64,000 bases of DNA from Eremomyces bilateralis CBS 781.70 (taxonomy: Eukaryota). Where the stretch lies: NCBI GenBank assembly GCA_010015585.1, contig ML975150.1. One strand, given 5' to 3'. Numbering within the stretch: position 1 is the first letter of the stretch; each line of letters begins with the position of its first letter. This document shows, one piece after another, positions 24,653 through 38,078 of this stretch. Position numbers and translations under genes: made by a program. The notes below the pieces were generated by a model. That model did not search any database. It had not been told where the DNA came from and saw nothing but the letters and a program-made list of their open reading frames with translations.

Positions 24653-25546
24653 TCATAAAGCAAGTTCTATGGCTATAACTCTTCCAGATGTATATCCGAA
24701 AGCGACAATACCATTATGAACAGCAACACCGCTTGGCCGATACTCGGGAGGAAGCCAAAGGATCCGCTCGGTATGGCCACTCACCCATTGCTCTTTAACA
24801 AAGATAGACGGTAGAAGCTGTGGACTTGTCACAGTTGTACCCTCCAGAACAGATGATAAAGTGGGTAAGGATCCCCGGTCAGGCTGGAGAGAGGTACCGT
24901 CACTGGAGCAACACAGGGATTCAACGATTGCGCCAACATCGAGCGTTTGCAGCACGACGCCTGACCTGGCGTCCCACAGCTTGACCGTCCTGTCGTCCGA
25001 TGCCGACGCCAGAGTCCTGCCGTCCGGCGAGAAGGCCACGGCCCTGATCGGGCCCAAGTGGCCCGAGAACGTCTGCTGCACGGCGCCTGACTCGGCATCC
25101 CACAGCTTGAAATCTGAATCCTTACATCTCCTTTTGTCCAGAAGGAAGTCGCGGAATGAAGGGTGTTGTAAGCGGATTGGGCCGGTAGGGTCTTTTGGTA
25201 TGCTAAGGATGGCGTGGAGATCCTTTAGCGCGCGGTTAACTCCCGCTTTCGGTATGAAAAGTAGCTTGCTCAAGGACTCTAATGATAACGGAGAAAGTAG
25301 AACCACGAAACTACCGAGCATATCTCTCAGACCTCGTCTTTCTTGCTCAATGTAATCTGCGGGGACGGAGGTGTGCAAAACCGTCATATAAATGTTGTTG
25401 AGATGCTCTTCAGGTGTGGCGGCCGTAGAGTAATCGCCTCCCAGAATCAAGTTTAGCCGTTCCTCAAGGTACATTAGAGATATCTGGGGAGTCGGGACGA
25501 ACCGTAGTCTCGCTGTAAGAGCGTCCGCGTACGGAGAAGTTTGCAT
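24653..25546 (-). pseudogene. Truncated, internally deleted NACHT-WD40 (HET-E/HNWD-like NLR) remnant
   Basis: Post-NACHT helical region (PEEHLNNIYMTVL...LKDLHAILSIP...IRLQHPSFRDFLLDKRRC) is joined directly at ~25109 to about 1.5 WD40 repeats with 126-nt spacing (GHLGPIRAVAFSPDGRTLASASDDRTVKLWD) and the typical C-terminus ILWLPPEYRP...VAFGYTSGRV. No P-loop or effector domain is present. Confidence 0.8.
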
Positions 25547-26744
25547 CTACTTGTTGTCTAAAGAAACCACAACGTTACCTTGACTCTCTTTAGAGTTACC
25601 TGGGCATTTCCTGGGCATATACTGTGCTTCAGCAAGAACTACTGTTCGCTCTGGTTCTGAAAGTGTAGAATAGCCTGGGGTTGTGACGCTACTGCCCACT
25701 AAAGTTAGGCGCCAGCAGCGATTGTGGTGAGTGAACCATCATGTACTTGATATCGCCGTAGTCTTTGACGGTAGTACGAGCAGTCAAACCATCAATGAAG
25801 AATCAGCCGAGGAGCCTATGGCGATTGGCCGATAGGGAAATGCAAGGTGTGAAAGTGGTGCACGTAGTAGCCATTGAAGGAGGGAGCGAAGGAACAAAGC
25901 ATACCTAGGTCGAGTGTCTACATGAAATCCCGATTAAACTTGTGTGATCAAATTTGTGTAACGCGATGTCATCCCGGGGTCATCGGTAGCGATACCTAGT
26001 GAGTGGTGGTGACCATACACCAATAGTGGAGGTACTACATTTTACCTCAAGTTGTCGAGTCTGGATGTGAAACTATGAACATGAAGATTCAAGGTCGATG
26101 AACGACTCCCGGCAGTGATTGCCGAAAGTCCAGACCGTTGTTGATCTATTCCATACTCGGATCGCGCTCTTTGAATACGGACAGTTGGCGTGTTTCTCCA
26201 CGTTCTCTGCACCCCAAGCTTAATTATTCCATCAACAGGATGACCTTACCATCCATGTAGACATTTGCCAAAGGGACCTGAAGGCTGAGCGACAGAACCG
26301 ATTGGTTCAATGGCAGTTTTGCAGGTCCCCCGGTACCTCACCTTCCCTAACTTGGCACCGAAGCAAAGCAATGCTTGACTGACGCCGTTGACGCCATATC
26401 AGCCTGGACCCAGCAACTTCTCCCCGACATCTGCTCCTCAACAGTGGCACAAAGGCATACCAGCGAGCGTTATGGGGAGAGGATCGACTCCGGCAAACAG
26501 ACAACTGACGTACAGGGCAAGGACTTAGTAGGAAGTATCCTATCCGTCGAACAGGACTAGATTTAGTGATCTGCCTTGGATTCCCGCGTCTAGCAACATG
26601 GGGACTGCATCGAAACGCTCTACGGAAGTGCTCCAACCAGGGGTCATGTGAATTCCGCATAATAGTCGCGCACCATTGTCGTACCCCAGGGCTTGACCGA
26701 GGAATTCCTGGAGAACTAACGACTACCCCAGATCCACTTGCTCG

Positions 26745-26754
26745 TATATAAAAT
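26745..26754 (+). promoter_or_regulatory. TATA box of the MFS permease
   Basis: TATATAAAA about 70 bp upstream of the ATG at 26822. Confidence 0.5.
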
Positions 26755-26821
26755 GCCGTAGGCCTACCCCTCTTCCCTTCTTGAATATCGCTAGAATCAA
26801 TACACGCAAGCACTTGTTACG

Positions 26822-28639
26822 ATGAAGATTGACAATGCAATCACTTCGTCTCCGGCGGAGTCGAACGAGAAATTTGAAGTGGGACGCGATAAACCTGCGA
26901 GGCCCCAGACAAGGAGTGACCTGGTCAAGGAAATTGATGCTATGGTGATGGCGCCGGGCGTGACGCGGGAGTCATTCGCGCACCTGGACGAGAAGAAGAT
27001 TCTCCGAAAGATGGATATGCGACTCATCCCGATGCTGGCGCTCCTTTATCTGCTGTCGTTCCTCGATCGAGGGAACATTGGCAACGCCAAAATCCAGGGA
27101 CTTCAAGAAGACCTTAAGATGACTGACGGGCAATACAACTGGACTTTGACGGTAAGAGTTCTAGACAATTAGTATCTCGTGCGGTGTTAACACTTGATAG
27201 GTCTTCTTCTTCACATATTGCGCTTTCGAAGTACCGAGCAACATGATTCTGAAGAAGATGAGACCATCAATATGGCTTCCTGCAATTAGTAAGTCCTGTA
27301 TGATATTATAGGGACTATTCGGAGCATGCTAATTTCAATTAGTGGTGGCTTGGGGTATTGTGATGACCCTAATGGGGCTTGTGCAGAACTTCACAGGTCT
27401 CCTCCTGAGTCGATTGTTCCTCGGTGTCGCTGGTACGTAACTGTCGCTAGTTGGATCGGCCACCGCATCTAACGTCATCCTCAGAGGCCGGGCTCTTCCC
27501 TGGAGTGGCATACTACATAACGATGTGGTATTGTAGACACGAGGCGCAAACCCGCCAAGCACTCTTCTTCAGCGCCGCAAGCATTGCGGGCGCATTCTCC
27601 GGCCTCCTTGCCTACGCCATCGCCAAGATGCACGGCATAGCCGGACTCGAAGGATGGCGGTGGATTTTCATTCTCGAAGGGATTGCGACGGTCGTGGTTG
27701 CTGTGATCGCCTTCTTTCTCCTCTACGATTTTCCAGAAACCGCCACGTTCCTAACCGCAGAAGAACGAGCATTTGTGGTCTATCGACTCAAATATCAAGG
27801 GCAGGTCGCTGGGCCTGACGGCCGTCTCACGGCTCAAACGGATGAGTTCCAGTGGAAGTACGTAGGGGATGCCTTCCGCGATTGGCAGATTTGGGTGAAC
27901 ATCTTCGTCTATTGGGGTATTGTCTGTCCACTATACGGCATCAGTCTCTTCCTTCCGACCATTATCAAAGGCCTGGGGTATACTTCTTCGACTGCCCAGC
28001 TTTTAACTGTCCCGATATACATCACTGCGGCGATCCTGGCCATTGGGATAGCATATGCTGCCGACCACCACGGCAGACGATCTGTGTTCATATTCCCACT
28101 CCTGTGTATCATGGCGGTGGGCTTTATTATGTGGGTGTACCGGATCTTGCGGCGCGATCGATTTCTGACTGAGAATAGGTGTATTTCGACCTCTACCCCT
28201 GGCGTTGTGTACGCTGGTGTCTTCATTGCAGCATGCACGATTTATCCAGCCTTCCCGACACTTATTAGTTGGCTCAGCAACAACCTCGCTGGAAGCTCAA
28301 AGCGTGCGGTCGGCATGGCCATCCAGATTGGTGTTGGTAACCTAGGAGGGGGTAAGTCCATAGATAATCGACCGGATCAAACAGACTCTGACTCAACTGA
28401 TAGCAATGGCGTCCAATTTCTACCGGGGCACCGACGGGCCGAGGTATTTCCTAGGCCATGCACTAGAACTTGCCTTCATTTTCATGGGCCTTGTTGCGAC
28501 AGTAATTCTGGTTCTCAACTATCGCCGCATCAACCGGAAACGAGAGAGGCAAATGGCGGAAGGATTACACAACGGATACACGCCGGAAGAGCTGAGCGCA
28601 CTCGGTGATAGGGCGATAACATTTAGATATGAGCTGTGA
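26822..28639 (+). CDS. MFS transporter, anion:cation symporter family (Dal5/Tna1-like)
   Basis: KMDMRLIPMLALLYLLSFLDRGNIGNAKI, FEVPSN, EAGLFPG, WY...R, GLEGWRWIFILEG, WLSNNLAGSSKRA, FRYEL*. Five GT-AG introns (donors near 27152, 27289, 27433, 28131, 28352) splice in frame. Confidence 0.93.
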
Positions 28640-29017
28640 AGAAGTTTAGTATTGAATCGTGATAGGTTGTTGAACTTGAAGCTCGCAACTGACCTACCTA
28701 GCTATCTGCTTTTTCAAGTGACCCCTGAATTTATCAAACTCAGATTTCCTTGTCGTCGAACTGCACAATACCCGAATATGAGCAAATCCGACGAATGCGA
28801 TTCCATATCCTCCCTACTGAGGTACGCTCACTGGATCCATAGATCGCCATTTATGGCGCCCTGTGGGGTTCGGTGACCTTTCCCTGGGATCTCGCTGTCG
28901 AGGGCGCGTTATGATACTTCTCTTTACTGTCCTATAGTCTTTCCGCCAGTCATTCGCTTGGCCAGATATGGAGGACAATTCTAGCCCAGGTCAACCGAAA
29001 TAATCATCCGCTTCCTA

Positions 29018-30165
29018 TCATCTCCACAAGCCGTGTGGTCCGGTAGTGAACTTCCAGAGCTTGATCGTCCCGTCTTCGCTACCGGTGGCATAGAGCTTTC
29101 CATCGGGAGAGAAGCTGACCGACCAGATCGGTCCATGGTGCCCTTTACCAGTTTCTATGAACGTCAGCAGTTTGAACCCTATTTGGACGCGCCTGGCGAA
29201 AGACACATACCCAACTCAGTACCCGCGTCAAAATCCCACACTCGAACCCAGGTATCTCCCGTTGCTCCCGTGACGAACTTCCGCTGCTGCGTATTCAGTG
29301 CCACACATGCAACTTCATGTCCTAAATCCAGCTTCTTTATCAAGGTCCCCGGCTGCCCTCCCTCAAAAAAGTAGACAGTCTTGCCAGCCGCCACGCTCAA
29401 GACGCCTGCACCCTCGCGGCTGTCCAACGATCCAGGACTAAGCTCACAACTTCCGATAAGCCCATCGACTTGGTATTCACTAATGGGTCCTCGCGACCGC
29501 AAGTCCCACCATCGGATCATCTTGTCATCCGCGGCCGTTACTAGTACGTTCGGATCATGCGTCCAGACAATTGACTTGATCGTCCCGCCATGTATGCCGG
29601 GTCCAATCTCATAACTTGGCGGGGTCGCCTCATGCGCTGATGCCCCGTTCAACCCATTCGCGCCATTTCCATTCGTGTTATTCGTGCTCGTGATAGATTG
29701 CGAAACATCGAAGATACGCAGCTTTTTCTCCATCCCGCCCGTCGCAAGTATCTGAGGGCGCGGCTGGTTCGGAAATGCCACGCTGCGAACGATATGGTTG
29801 TGTTGTAGGGTGCACAGCGCTTCGCCGGTGTGCGTGTCCCAAACTTTCGCGGAGAAGTCGGCGGAACCGGTCGCTGCTAGAGTTGCGTCGGAAGAGAGGC
29901 GCGTTTGCCATACGGCGCCCTTGTGCCCGATAAAGGTGCCAATCCAGTCACCGGTTATGCCATCGCGGAGCATGGGATTGTTGTCCTTGCAGGCCGAGAC
30001 AAGGTAGAATTGATCGTCGTCAACTGTGGAGGAGAAGCTCAAATGAGTGATTGGGCGCGAGTGCCCATGGCAGGTGAGGGGGACGACTTTCGTAGTCTCT
30101 GTCATATATAGTGAGCCGTGGTTCGTATATAAAGCAAACGGATGCATACCTGTAGCAGTAGTCAT
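29018..30165 (-). CDS. STRAP/UNRIP-like WD40 repeat protein
   Basis: [48 protein letters not shown] and [30 protein letters not shown]. Introns at ~30149-30099 and ~29209-29156. Confidence 0.92.
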
Positions 30166-31013
30166 TGTGGTTACCGTCGGTATTATGTTTGGAGCGACGG
30201 AGAGAATTGGTTTTGGAGCGGACGTCAGAAGCACGACTTTGTAGAACGTATGGAGCACCGAACACCTGGCTGTTCGTGTCAAAGGTCCGATCGAATAGCA
30301 AATAGTGCGGCAAATTTCAATGGCGAATTTCGAGTCTGGAGAGTTACGTTGAACACCGATGAAGGAGAACGGGTTCAGTTCAGAGCGATCACCGCCACTG
30401 GAGATATCAAGGCCCCACGATGCGCTTGGATGGTGTGTAGCTCAAGGTGACCTGTGTCGCGGAAACTAAAATGAAGAGAAAGACAACAGGTCTTGCCAGA
30501 TGAGCAAAGCGAACACCGGTAATATAGTACGTATAGAAAAGAAGATGCGCCTGTTGACGTCGAATGCGGTGTTCTGCGGTTCCTAGGAGAATTTATGACG
30601 GAAGCAGTCCTAGAGCAATCAGCAGGTTGGAGCGGCCAAATGTGCCCATGGATCTGCATACCAACAATCGATCACAACACGATACAGATAATTATTGTGG
30701 ATTAAAGTAAGGCATTCACGGTGGAATGTGTTTTCAGCTCCCTATTCCTTTGTTCTTCACATCCTAATAGTGTTCGGGTGCTTGTGACAACACCTCCTTA
30801 CCACCCCTGAGCCGACTCTGCAGCATGTTCAATGCAAAGCATAGGAAAACACTCAAATAGGACATCAGATCATCAGAGGGCACCAACAATAGCTTTAGCT
30901 AGGGCTAACATTGAAGTGTAAAATAAATCAAAGGGATACATAAGTATACATGGCCACGTCCCACACACCGAAGCGATCCCTTCGTCAGGTTTAGTCACCG
31001 TTCGATATGGCAT

Positions 31014-32681
31014 TCAGCTTGTCAGCACACCTTCATGTGTTCCAGCAACGGGACTGCCGTTACTGTCCACACTCACTAGCGAGGTCTGGCCATTCGCAAA
31101 ACGGTTCGCTTTATCCTTCGCCATACCGTTGTGCGTTCCATTGAATCTCAGGCCTGAGATCCCATCATAGCCCCTAACACCCGTAGCCTTTTCCAGCCGC
31201 AACGCAAGATCGTCGCTGACTTCGCAAAAAATGGCAATCTGGCGTTTAATTGTCTCCTGATTTTGGCATCGAGCTAGATGTCCTGCGACGTTGGAGACGA
31301 AACGCTCCTTAGCGCCTGCGTCGAACACCTTCTCCCACAAGGCACGCGGGCCGTTGAAGTCTTCAGGACGGATCTCGGATAAAAAGCTGACAGCTTTCCC
31401 GATGAAGTGTCCATGAGTGGTGTTAAGGTCCACCGCCCTGTCCTTGAACGAGATCGGTTCAATAGACGAAAGGTAGCCCGGACGGGCACCTTGGTTGTAG
31501 AAAGCCATCGGGCCGTCCCGCTGAAAGTTTGCCATTCGGTATGGCACATGCGGTGCGTTGACTGGAAGTGGTTGATAGTTCGGTCCCAGGTGGTGCCGTT
31601 GAGTGTCAGGATAGGAGAACAGGCGGCTTTGCAGGACTGGGTCGGCCGATGGCTCAATGCCAGGAACAAGGTGGCTTGGGGAGAATGCCGCTTGCTCGAT
31701 TTCGGCGAAGTAGTTCTTCGCGTTCTCGATGAGGAAGAATTCACCCACCTTACGGAGTGGGAACTGATTGTGCGGCCAGATATGTGTGAGATCCAATACG
31801 TTGATCTTCTGCTGCTCCCATACCTCCTCAGCCTGCAGCGGTGTCATGGTCTGGACACAGAGGTCCCAGCCCGGATAATCACCATTCTCAATGGCGTAGT
31901 AGAGATCCTTCTGGCTATAATCTGGAGACTTTGTCGTATATTCCTCCTGAGTGAGGAACTTTGTGCCTTGCTTCGACCGCATGTGGAACTGGGCATACAC
32001 CCAGCTGCCATCCTCCTTGATGAGCTTCATGGTATGCCCTGAATAGCCATGCATGAACCGGTATCCGTCCGGAATGCCGCGGTCCCCCATGAGGATCATG
32101 ACCTGGTGGATCGATTCGGGGTTGTGGGAGAGATAATCCCAGAACATGGTGGTATCATCAGCACCGCCCAGGTTTGTAACCGGGTTCCGCTTCTGGGTAT
32201 GTATGAAGTGGGTCTCGGATGAAGAACACAGGAGTGTTGTTCATCACTATATCCCAGTTTCCCTCTTCCGTCTTGAACTTTATGGAGAACCCGCGAGGGT
32301 CGCGAGCGCAATCATGGCTGCCTTTCTCGCCCCCAACGGTTGAGAAACGGATGGTGATAGGGCATTCCTTGTCACTCTTGAACAAGTCCGCAATGGAGAG
32401 GTCCTCGGGGGAATCGGTAGTCTTGTAATATCCATGGGCACCTGAACCTTTGGCGTGCACTACACGCTCCGGTATGCGCTCGCGGTCGAAATGAGACAGA
32501 AGATCGATAAGATGGAAGTCTTGGAGGAGCAAAGGACCGTTATCACCGGCCCGCTGAGCCTCATATGGTGGGGGTAGGGAGCACCATTGCTTGTGGTGTA
32601 AATGGTATCATAGGATGCCGAGTTCTTGTCATCGACATAGTCTCGATGAAGGTCACCGTAAGCTTCTGCTGCGCGAGCCAT
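31014..32681 (-). pseudogene. Small-subunit monofunctional heme catalase with two frameshifts
   Basis: Catalase motifs [28 protein letters not shown] and RLFSYPD are split over three frames. A 1-nt loss at ~32567 ([10 protein letters not shown] reads PHHMRLSG) and a ~14-nt loss at ~32211 (RDP[AKFP]HFIHTQK collapsed). No splice signals at either site. Confidence 0.88.
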
Positions 32682-33882
32682 GGTTGTGTATTTGAAATGC
32701 TTGTTAACTGATGAATGGTTTGTGCGTGATATATCGAGACTTTCGACCCCATCTCGACAGGCGGTTGGGTTATATAGATCTCTCCCGCCAGAGATTTGAT
32801 GTCATAATTGAAAGGCTTTTCAGAATCTCATCAACGGATTCGTCATCTTGAGAAGCCATTCCAATAAAGACTCTTCTCGTTAGCTTGACGATGACATGCT
32901 TGCTTGCGTGCAACATGAGAGTGTGCACCTCATCATCTTCAGGATTGACCTATGGCCACTGGGATAGCTTACTCAACTGCCGGTTCTAGAGACCCGGACT
33001 TTACGTCTTAAGAGTACTGAATTATCCTCATTGCGAATCAATATCGAACTTCGAAGGCAGCGGCAGCGGCAGATGCGGCATGCGGGAGCCTCTGCTTATT
33101 ATCAACCATCAAATCCACACAAGAGAACTTTGCCGCATCCCAAAATCGAAATCAATAATCCCTTCAGGCAAGGGGGTATCCTGCCCGAGATGAGTGTACG
33201 CAGATCCTACAATCCAAATCCATTGTCAACCAAAGAAACAGGACGGAAGATTATGAAGGGGAAAATATCACGCTGTAAATAGGAGACTCACGTGCCATCC
33301 AAACCACGTGGTTTTCCTTGAGCTCCAACTTCGAACACGAAACGATGATTCAGCACTTGTTAAATCAGCTCGAGCCTCGAGGTGAGCTGTGAGCCGTCTC
33401 AAAGACTATGCGTGCTCGACATTATGGTTCCCGAACGCTTTGTCTCTAGTGAGTCTAGACGACTAACGAGTACATAAATGTATCTGATCGGCACGAAGTA
33501 TTAAGTAGCAACATTGCAACAAGGAAATGCAACCCCACCATCTTGAGCCCAGAGGCCGTGGAGCTTTCTCCGCACCGTTGTTATTTCAACGTCTCCCGTC
33601 TAGGCCTGTCATTTCCGTCGGCTTCTCCGCATCGCTGATTATAGGAAGCATCCATAATAATCCTACGGTACGTTATACGTAGTAGGCGTGGAGATCCTGC
33701 GCGGTTGAACAGGATCGCAAGCCGAATGACTGCCGATTATCGCCAGTTGATTCTCCAAGATTCGCCATAAGTACTGTAGTAGATCCACGGACTGCAACCA
33801 CTGTAGATCTCATCCGTCTCAAAGCTAAGGGAGAGGTTCATATTTTTCGTCGAAATCTCACTTACTTGTAGCTTCTATCGTC

Positions 33883-36397
33883 ATGCTCTTCAAAAGTTTA
33901 TCCTGGTTGTATTTATGGCCTGTGTTCGCGAGTCAGTCAACAGGCACAACAGCGCTACAGAGTCGAGACGGAGAACCGAGCGTCCTGAATTGCGCAGATC
34001 CGGCGTCGACTTTGCATCTCAGTGATCCGCCATACGAGAACTTCTTTTATTCCGATTGCCACTCGGCAGGTCAAGTGGTGGTGACTAGTCCCGCACCGGA
34101 TAGCAATCTGACCATAATTGGACCGCGCCTCCTCGTAAGCCTCTAGTTGATGAGCTTTTACCAGACACTAACCTCTGCCCAAGGTTGCCTGGCCTGCCGG
34201 AAATAGCGGGATCGTGTCCTTCTTCGAACCAGAGAATGGACTAAACGGGACGTTGGGAATCAGCCTCGCAAACTTCTCGTCCGTTCAGCAGCCGCTTCAA
34301 GGGATCTATGAAGAAGGCCGCTCACCCAACCCATATGTCGGCATCTCGGGATTGCTCCAGTTAAATGGTTCTGCATTGTTGTCAGTCGCAATCCTCGGCA
34401 GTATAAGGAACATCCGAGACTTTACAGAAGGTCCTAGTATTCTTGAACCACTGATCCAGAATGCGACTGCATTTTCCGTTGACGATTCCGGTGTCGCGTT
34501 GATCCAAAGGACGTGGTTCGATAATGAGACAGAGACACGCCTATCGTTCGCGGCTGCTGGAGACGTGGACTCCCGACCTGAGATCGGGAATCAGACGGTC
34601 CGCTTCGCAGCCGGCACATATGTCTTCAATGCTTCTTTTAACTACCCGCAGCTGGAGCAGCTCAGCTCTCAGGAAGTTTTGAACCCCGTTGCAAGAGACC
34701 TCATCTCTCAGAATCCCGATGAAACGGCTTCGTTGTCATTCCTGTCATACAAGGACAAGCTTCTCGCCGGGGCGTGGCGCTTTCTGACATATTTTGGTCG
34801 GGATAGTATGATATCGGCTCTGCTTCTTCAGCCGATATTAAGTGAAGGCGAAGGCAGCGCTATCGAGGCTGTGATCGAAGCCGTCTTGGAGCGGATTAAT
34901 CGTACCGATGGTACTGTAGCCCATGAAGAAACAATCGGAGACCACGCTACGTATTTGAGTATCCAGAACAACGAAACCTCGACCGCACCACAGTACGATT
35001 ACAAGATGGGTAAGTTGACCTTTCTTCCAAGCCAACGAGAATTTAAACAGACCCTAATTCTCTCACAGTTGACACGGAATACTTTCTTCCTGTCCTTATG
35101 AAGAATTATTTCCTCGACGCGGAGACTGGAAGGCAGCGCTCCGAGGCATTCTTCAGCACGCAAGCCAGTATCAACCCGGATAACGAGGGACTAGCATATG
35201 CGGATTTGGCGCTGGTGACGGCGGAGCGGATCATGAATACTTCGGCTCCATTCGCCTCAGACAGAGGACAAGTGAAGGGCAATTTGATACGTTTGAAGGA
35301 AGACCAGGTATTTGAAGCGACGTTGCCCCATCCTTTCCACGTTAATGCAGGATAGGTCGTTGGTGAGTGGCGAGACAGTACGTACGGTATTGGCGGCGGA
35401 CGAATCCCGTATGATGTAAATGTTGCTCTTGTTCCCGCCGCGTTACGGGCAATCCAAGCGCTCTCAGCTGTCGGACTTTTTCCCACTCATCCTGAATGGG
35501 AGAAAACCGCCGGTTCCTTTGCTCAGACATGGGAGGATAACACGCTTCAATTCTTCAAGGTCAGCGCACCTCCCTCGCTACTGAAAGGAACCTAACACCT
35601 TTGTAGGTCACAGTTCCAGCAGACGAAGCTCGAGACTTGGTCGACGCATATGTCTCTGAGTCTGGCTTTTCAGGTCCCTCGGAGAGTGACGGCATCGTAT
35701 CCGATGTTGTGTACCATGGCCTTGCTTTAGACGGGAACTACAACCGGTCGATTGTAAAGGTCATGAATAGCGACGACTGTTTCCGTCTATTCTTCTTGAA
35801 CACTACCGACCAAACGCAGCTGAGCCACTTTTTGAACCAGACCGCTGCCCATGTTTTGCAGCCATTCCCGGTAGGATTGTCAACCTCAGTGGGGATTCTC
35901 GTGGCCAACCCAGCCTATGGAGGGGATCCGGTGTAAGTATTTCGCCTAAGAATCGCCTCCTCTCCTCTTACGATTTACAGGTATACGGCAAACTTTACGA
36001 ACAACTCATACCATGGGACGGTTGTTTGGGGGTGGCAACTCGCCATGCTTGCCAAGGGACTGGAACGACAACTCGGTCGTTGCGACGGCGAGTCAAACCC
36101 CGGCTTTTGCGCCGACCCAAGCATCTATGATCATGTCCGCGAAGCATATAATCACCTTTGGGACATCCTCGAGGCGAATAGGGCCGCACTGGGAAGCGAG
36201 GTGTGGAGTTGGGTGTATGATGGGGGGTACAAGCTGACTCCACTGGGGGCCCTTCCTCCTCCACCAGGCTCCAATCCTACCGAGTCAAATATCCGCCAAT
36301 TGTAGGTTCGTTGTGTACAACTATAGGACATAGACTAACTGCCATTAGGTGGAGCTTGACATTCTTGGCGGTAACTCGAAATGAGGCTTTTAGATAG
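33883..36397 (+). CDS. Secreted six-hairpin glycosidase-like protein (YFGRD motif; glycogen-debranching-enzyme C-terminal-like)
   Basis: N-terminal signal-like peptide; LLAGAWRFLTYFGRDSMISALLL, AHEETIGD, DYKMVDT, GEWRDSTYGIGGGRIPYDVN, VMNSDD, YHGTVVWGWQL, ESNIRQLWSLTFLA. About six GT-AG introns (donors near 34135, 35010, 35308, 35560, 35933, 36302). Many N-x-S/T sequons. Confidence 0.8.
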
Positions 36398-36637
36398 CCT
36401 GACTGCGAGGAGAAATGGTCTCGGTGACATTTGCCGTACGAGATTTGTATGGCTGATGGATCTTGGATAAGATCCTTTTCTAGGCTGCCATTGGTCTATA
36501 GAAATTTCTCGCCTGCTCAAAACACCGGACTGCATATAATCATAAGAGCAGAACCGCACACAATACCCAACGATGACTTAAATACCAAACTGACTGCATG
36601 TCCTAAAATACGCCACATTATGCATAATGCACCCGGA

Positions 36638-38078
36638 TCAATTATGCTCAATAGGTGTCTCGGGTAGCAGTGGCTCGGTCTCGCCGTCCTCGCTTGGGAT
36701 ACAGGCTGCTAGAGGCGGCCGAACCAAGTCGTTGAAAAGGAAGGTTCCGTACACCAGCATCGCGAAGCCCAGAACCTGAAGCCACTTGAAACTCTCCCAG
36801 CCAAGGCCGAGCGACACCATCCAGATAAACAATGTCCTGCACGTGTCGACTATGGACCGAGATGTTGCTGAGACACTCCTTGTCAAGCTGAGGCCGAAAA
36901 AATTGAAACCACTGGAAGCCAAGGTTAGCACATGTAAAACTAACGCTGGCGTAGCAACGGTCGCCACTTACCAAATGGAGATCATGATCAGAATGCTGCT
37001 AATGCCAATCGCTCGGTTTCCAAACAGCTCTTTGAGTCCCTCCTGAGCGTCAAAGTAGCCATATTGCCCCGCAGCCGTGCTCCCATACGCAGCATGCAGA
37101 ATAATCATGCCGATGACCGTCACCGAGAACCCCCAGATGCCCTCCCACCCCACCGCCGTAAGCGGATCGACCGAGTACTTCTCCATGAGTCGCTCTTCCA
37201 CCACAAACTGAGTGGCCGTGAAGACCTGCGCGAAGGCAATGCAGAGAACCCCGAGGATGGTTTTGACCGCGACCGACAACTCCACTTCCCGAATCTCGTC
37301 GACAGTGCCCCGGACGATAGCCTTTGCACCGTATGCCACGGCACCCAGCGTCGACGCCTCTTCGCCAGGGGGCAGCAGCGTTTCTCGACCCTCGACCACG
37401 CCTGCGAGTCCGACGACAGCGACACCGGTGACGACGATGAAGAGTGCGAACCACTTGTACAGGTGAAGGTGGCGCTTGAGGAAAATCACGCTGAACAACC
37501 CGACGAATAGAACCAGGGCGCCTCTCGTCATTTGATAGATGCTCGCCGCGACGAACAACAGGCCGCCGTTCATGAGTGTCGTCCCCGCGATATCGCAGCA
37601 TGCCGGTAAGGCAAGGTAGACGACCTTATATCCGCTAAGCGGGATCCGTTCCGGATGGGCGGCACCCAGCGGTTTCCTGGGCGGTCCTTCTGATTCGCTA
37701 CCGTTCGGTGCCGCCGGCGTGTCTACATCATCGTCGGTGGCATCGGATTGGGGAACCGGGTCGTAGCCGGAGCTCTTCCGGGCTTGGTAGCTCTTGTAGA
37801 TCTGGCCGCAGAGAATGATGAGACAGGAGCCCATCTCGCCGACGAACATCTGGGCGGTCTGGAGAACGGGCTGCCGGAAGGTTTCGCGTTCCATAGGATC
37901 GGGGGAGTCGCAGTTCCGGACGCATTGATTGTCCTGTTCGAGGGGCGAGTTAGCAAGATGCCTAGGAACGCCCAACCCGGATTCCTTTACGAACCTGATA
38001 CTTAGTGAGCAGAGTATTACACACGCCCGTGAGTAGCATCATCCCCACGAGGAACGGGATGAGTGATTTGGAGGCCAT
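36638..38078 (-). CDS. SLC35F6-like nucleotide-sugar transporter/DMT superfamily membrane protein
   Basis: MMLLTGVCNTLLTKYQ|DNQCV, FRQPVLQTAQMFVGEM, LPACCDIAGTTLMN, ASIYQMTRGALVLF, QFVVEE, VGWEG, SATSRSIVDTCRTLFIW. Two introns. Confidence 0.9.

Noticed and set aside
21702..36397. RtcA, NmrA, MFS, catalase and glycosidase as a metabolic or defence gene cluster
   Set aside because: No backbone enzyme or cluster regulator, functions are unrelated, a housekeeping STRAP-like gene is interspersed, and several members are pseudogenes.
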